64,000 nt of DNA from Heteronotia binoei (taxonomy: Eukaryota), in assembly GCF_032191835.1 (NCBI RefSeq), contig NC_083243.1, positions 143,220,001 to 143,284,000 on the forward strand, written 5' to 3'. The translations under genes were made by a program, and so were the position numbers. The notes beneath the pieces are model-generated. The model was not told where the DNA came from. It did no database searches and saw nothing but the letters and a program-made list of their open reading frames with translations. Positions 61,124 through 64,000 of the stretch are shown in pieces; position 1 is the first letter of the stretch; each line of letters starts with the position of its first letter.

Positions 61124-64000
61124 GATACCAATAGAAGAACGAAGAGTAAGATGAAGGTGAAGACGAACGAGGAAGGATGATGGTAAAAGGTAAGAAGGCT
61201 AGCAAAGTTGAGGAGACGCAACAAGGAAGGACTATCCCGGGCGGCGGTTAGAAAGAAACTGGGTGGGTGGAGCACCTTCCCTTCACTCCAGGCATGTGTA
61301 GTGGATGCCTGCTCCTTAGAGCGGGAGGGAATGCGCGCCAAAATAAACACCTAGGCTAGCTTTAAATTCTCCGAGGTCGGGTTCGTTCCAGCAGGAAAAC
61401 CCATGTGTGTGACTGCACAGAGACCACGATGAAGATACGTGTTTTACCACATGCTGCCAACAAGTGCCCTAGTACAAAGTTTGTAAGGAATATGAATTCA
61501 AGGTGCCAAAGTGACACATGAAATGCATTTTGCATGGTTCATTTTAAAAGTACTCTTTGGGAACAGCACTTATACCATAAATAAATGACAAGGGGGGGAT
61601 TTCCAATTCACAATAGGAAAATTAGCCACTATATTTTACAAACTCATTTGTTTGGAGGAATAAAATGGTCTGACACACAGTATTTCAAAATCCCAGGCAC
61701 TGGCACTGCAAGTTTTAGAAATGGTTAGTCTAGAGAATACCACAGTTGAAGAATAAGCAGGCTTTAGGTCCAATTGCTCTACTCTGGATCAATGCCTGAT
61801 TTTATATAATCTGGAAATGAAATACAGTATTAGGCCCCATGGGGCTCTATATATCTTTTGTAGATTACAAAATAATCACTTGGAACAGAGTATGGACTAA
61901 ATTAGAGGCATCCTCAGTAGATCACAGACTACTTTTTCTTATGGGTATCCTGCACACAAACAACTAGTTGACCATAATGATGCAGTCAACAGGGCCAACA
62001 GGTCTCTGTCAAGAGGGAAGTCAAGCAAGGCTATATTATGGCCTTTTTGGTATTATTTATATCTATTCAGTGGTTCAAGCTCTGTTGAATCCAGACTTTC
62101 CACCCTTTAGCAAACAGAACAATACCTGCCTTACTCTATGCAGATAATGCACCAAATTATCCTTTAGGCTCTTGCAGCATATTCCAGAGAGGAATAACTA
62201 ACAATAAACCTGAAGACCAAGATTTCAGTCTTTACCAGGAGATATGTCAAACATAAATGGCCATTCAATAGACACAACATAGAACAGGTGAAGACCTTGG
62301 AAGCAGTGCTACCTAAATTCCTTAGAAGGATATTTGGTGTTTCTTGTTGCATGCAATTCTTTGAACAGAATCAGGGCCAGGTGTCAGTTGAAGCCCACAG
62401 TTGGTACTAGGTAATATGTTTCTGGCTCAAGCTAAATCTTAACCCAACTGGGATTAACCCCCTTAATTATTTTGGACAGCTACTGCTCAGACTAGGTGGA
62501 TGTGGCTGAAAATAAATTACAACTTAATGGTTTCTTCCCCTCAGCAATATGCCACACCATGTTATCAGGAACTAAAGAAATGCTTAAACAACAAATCTGG
62601 AACACAGCTCTTCAAGTTGATAGAGCTTTGGCACATCTCTATCCAATGGCAGGAAATCACAGTGAAAAATTTGTGCCAGCAAAGTATCTTTATGCTCTAG
62701 AATTCCCCAAATACTGCAGAACATTCACCTGCTTTAATTGCCTGCCCTCAGCACTAGTGGAAGGGAGATAGCTATACTTTCTCTGTTCCCAAAATCTGTG
62801 TTCCTGCCAAATGGAAGCAGTCAAAACAGTGGAATATGTGATGTTAAACTGCCTATTTTACAAGGGCATTTATTCCACATATCTCACCCCGTTCTATGCA
62901 AGTTCCCAGGGAGATCTGATAAATTCTATACATATTTCTTCTTGGAGACCAATCTAAACAGACCATCTCTAAAGTGGCCAAATTCTATGCTGAGGCTTTG
63001 ACCATAAGAAAGCAGATATCCCAAACCTTTTAATAACTTTTATGTATAATTAATTACACCGATATGGCTACACATTTTAATCCTTATGTATTAATTTTAT
63101 ATTTGTACATAAACTGTGCTGCTAAACTGCTGTTGGCTGATCTTTTGATTGTAATAATTATTGATAAAAGTGAATGTATTTCAAAATCTATTCCAGAAAA
63201 AATGTACTTTCTGGTCAGTACAAATTTGAACTGTATATGGTTCTGACTTTACTACTGTTCATGTAAAATGTACTTCAGCTCAACTACATTAAACTTTGTT
63301 GCTCTTAAAGGTGCCACTGGGATCAAACATTGTTCTACATTCACTTCTGTTTTACTTGTGCAACTACTAAAAATATGAGAAGCCATACAATCCTACTATC
63401 CCAACCAAGGACAGTTAAGAATATCACACCAGCCTGCCTGGCTGGAAGCTAACACAGGCTTCACTTCTGACCTGAAAAAGAAGATAGGCAGTTTTGAATC
63501 TGTGCAAACGAGCAGTCTAATTTTTTAACTGGCTTACAAGAAGCAGCTTAGGGGCTTACAAGGAAGTCCTTGTGCTTTTGGGAACTAATGTTACTTTTCA
63601 TATTTATTTATTTTAAATATTCATTTGACACCTTTCTTCAGTGGAGCTTAAGGCGGCTTACAACAGTAATAAAATACATAAAACAGATAACATAAAAACA
63701 TAAAATCAATTTTTTCTCTGCTTGATCCCACACCTAGCTCAACTTGTATATTTTTAAACAAACCAATACTCTTGTAATATCACAGATCTCCAGTACTCAC
63801 TCTTCTCAATGGAACTGACCCATACTTACCACTACACAAGAGAAATGTGAAACAATATCTTCATTTTCAGTGCTGCTTATTCAAAATCAACCCAAAATAC
63901 AGTCCTCAAGACTTGTTATAGCATTAGTTAAAAGGATATGGATAAGGTGCCCCCAATATCACCACAAATGTGACTAAATCAGCACAAACATACATTCAGG

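Larger units (their letters stand above)
56790..61435 (-). mobile_element. DIRS1-like tyrosine-recombinase retrotransposon, inactivated and deleted
   Basis: gag N-terminal Cys/His cluster (FKKCTRCGSKIPSTDGHSQCLFCLGEAHRTDACIHC), LAP2alpha-like gag region (EGKRLDTLGRKLY; LRRHAWLRS..EDLPFDGQGLF), and DIRS RT (DSWVLAIIHRGY..FYSQYFLVPKKDGGQRPILDLRELN..YPYLDNWL). Short recombinase remnant TSLAFSRGVPIEDIC; 5' end cttcatcgtggtctctgtgcagtcacacacatggg. Confidence 0.9.

Overview
Vertebrate genomic DNA from a squamate reptile; the repeat families suggest a gecko (inference). Two complete + strand genes lie in the same tandem order as at human 11p15. LYVE1 has 6 coding exons (3605-31590, 311 aa) and RNF141 has a CpG-island promoter near 38 kb and 5 coding exons (41368-49185, 230 aa); exons were reconstructed by hand with GT-AG sites and consistent phases. 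The rest is dense, often nested mobile DNA: many non-autonomous hAT families with 8-bp target site duplications (TSDs), a deleted hAT transposase copy, L2, CR1, BovB/RTE, tRNA-derived SINEs, a Gypsy pol relic, Penelope-like (PLE) termini, and a broken DIRS1 retrotransposon interrupted by a solo LTR. The most unusual signals are: (i) an ~850-bp palindrome in RNF141 intron 1 whose arms carry a PLE-type minimal hammerhead-ribozyme motif with a compensatory U3-A8 core; (ii) two almost identical 287-bp foldback MITEs (129-bp inverted arms, 3-bp TSDs) bracketing LYVE1 exons 4-5; (iii) a 1284-bp solo LTR whose removal exactly restores the DIRS gag reading frame. All ribozyme and isoform ideas are untested inferences. 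There are two assembly gaps.
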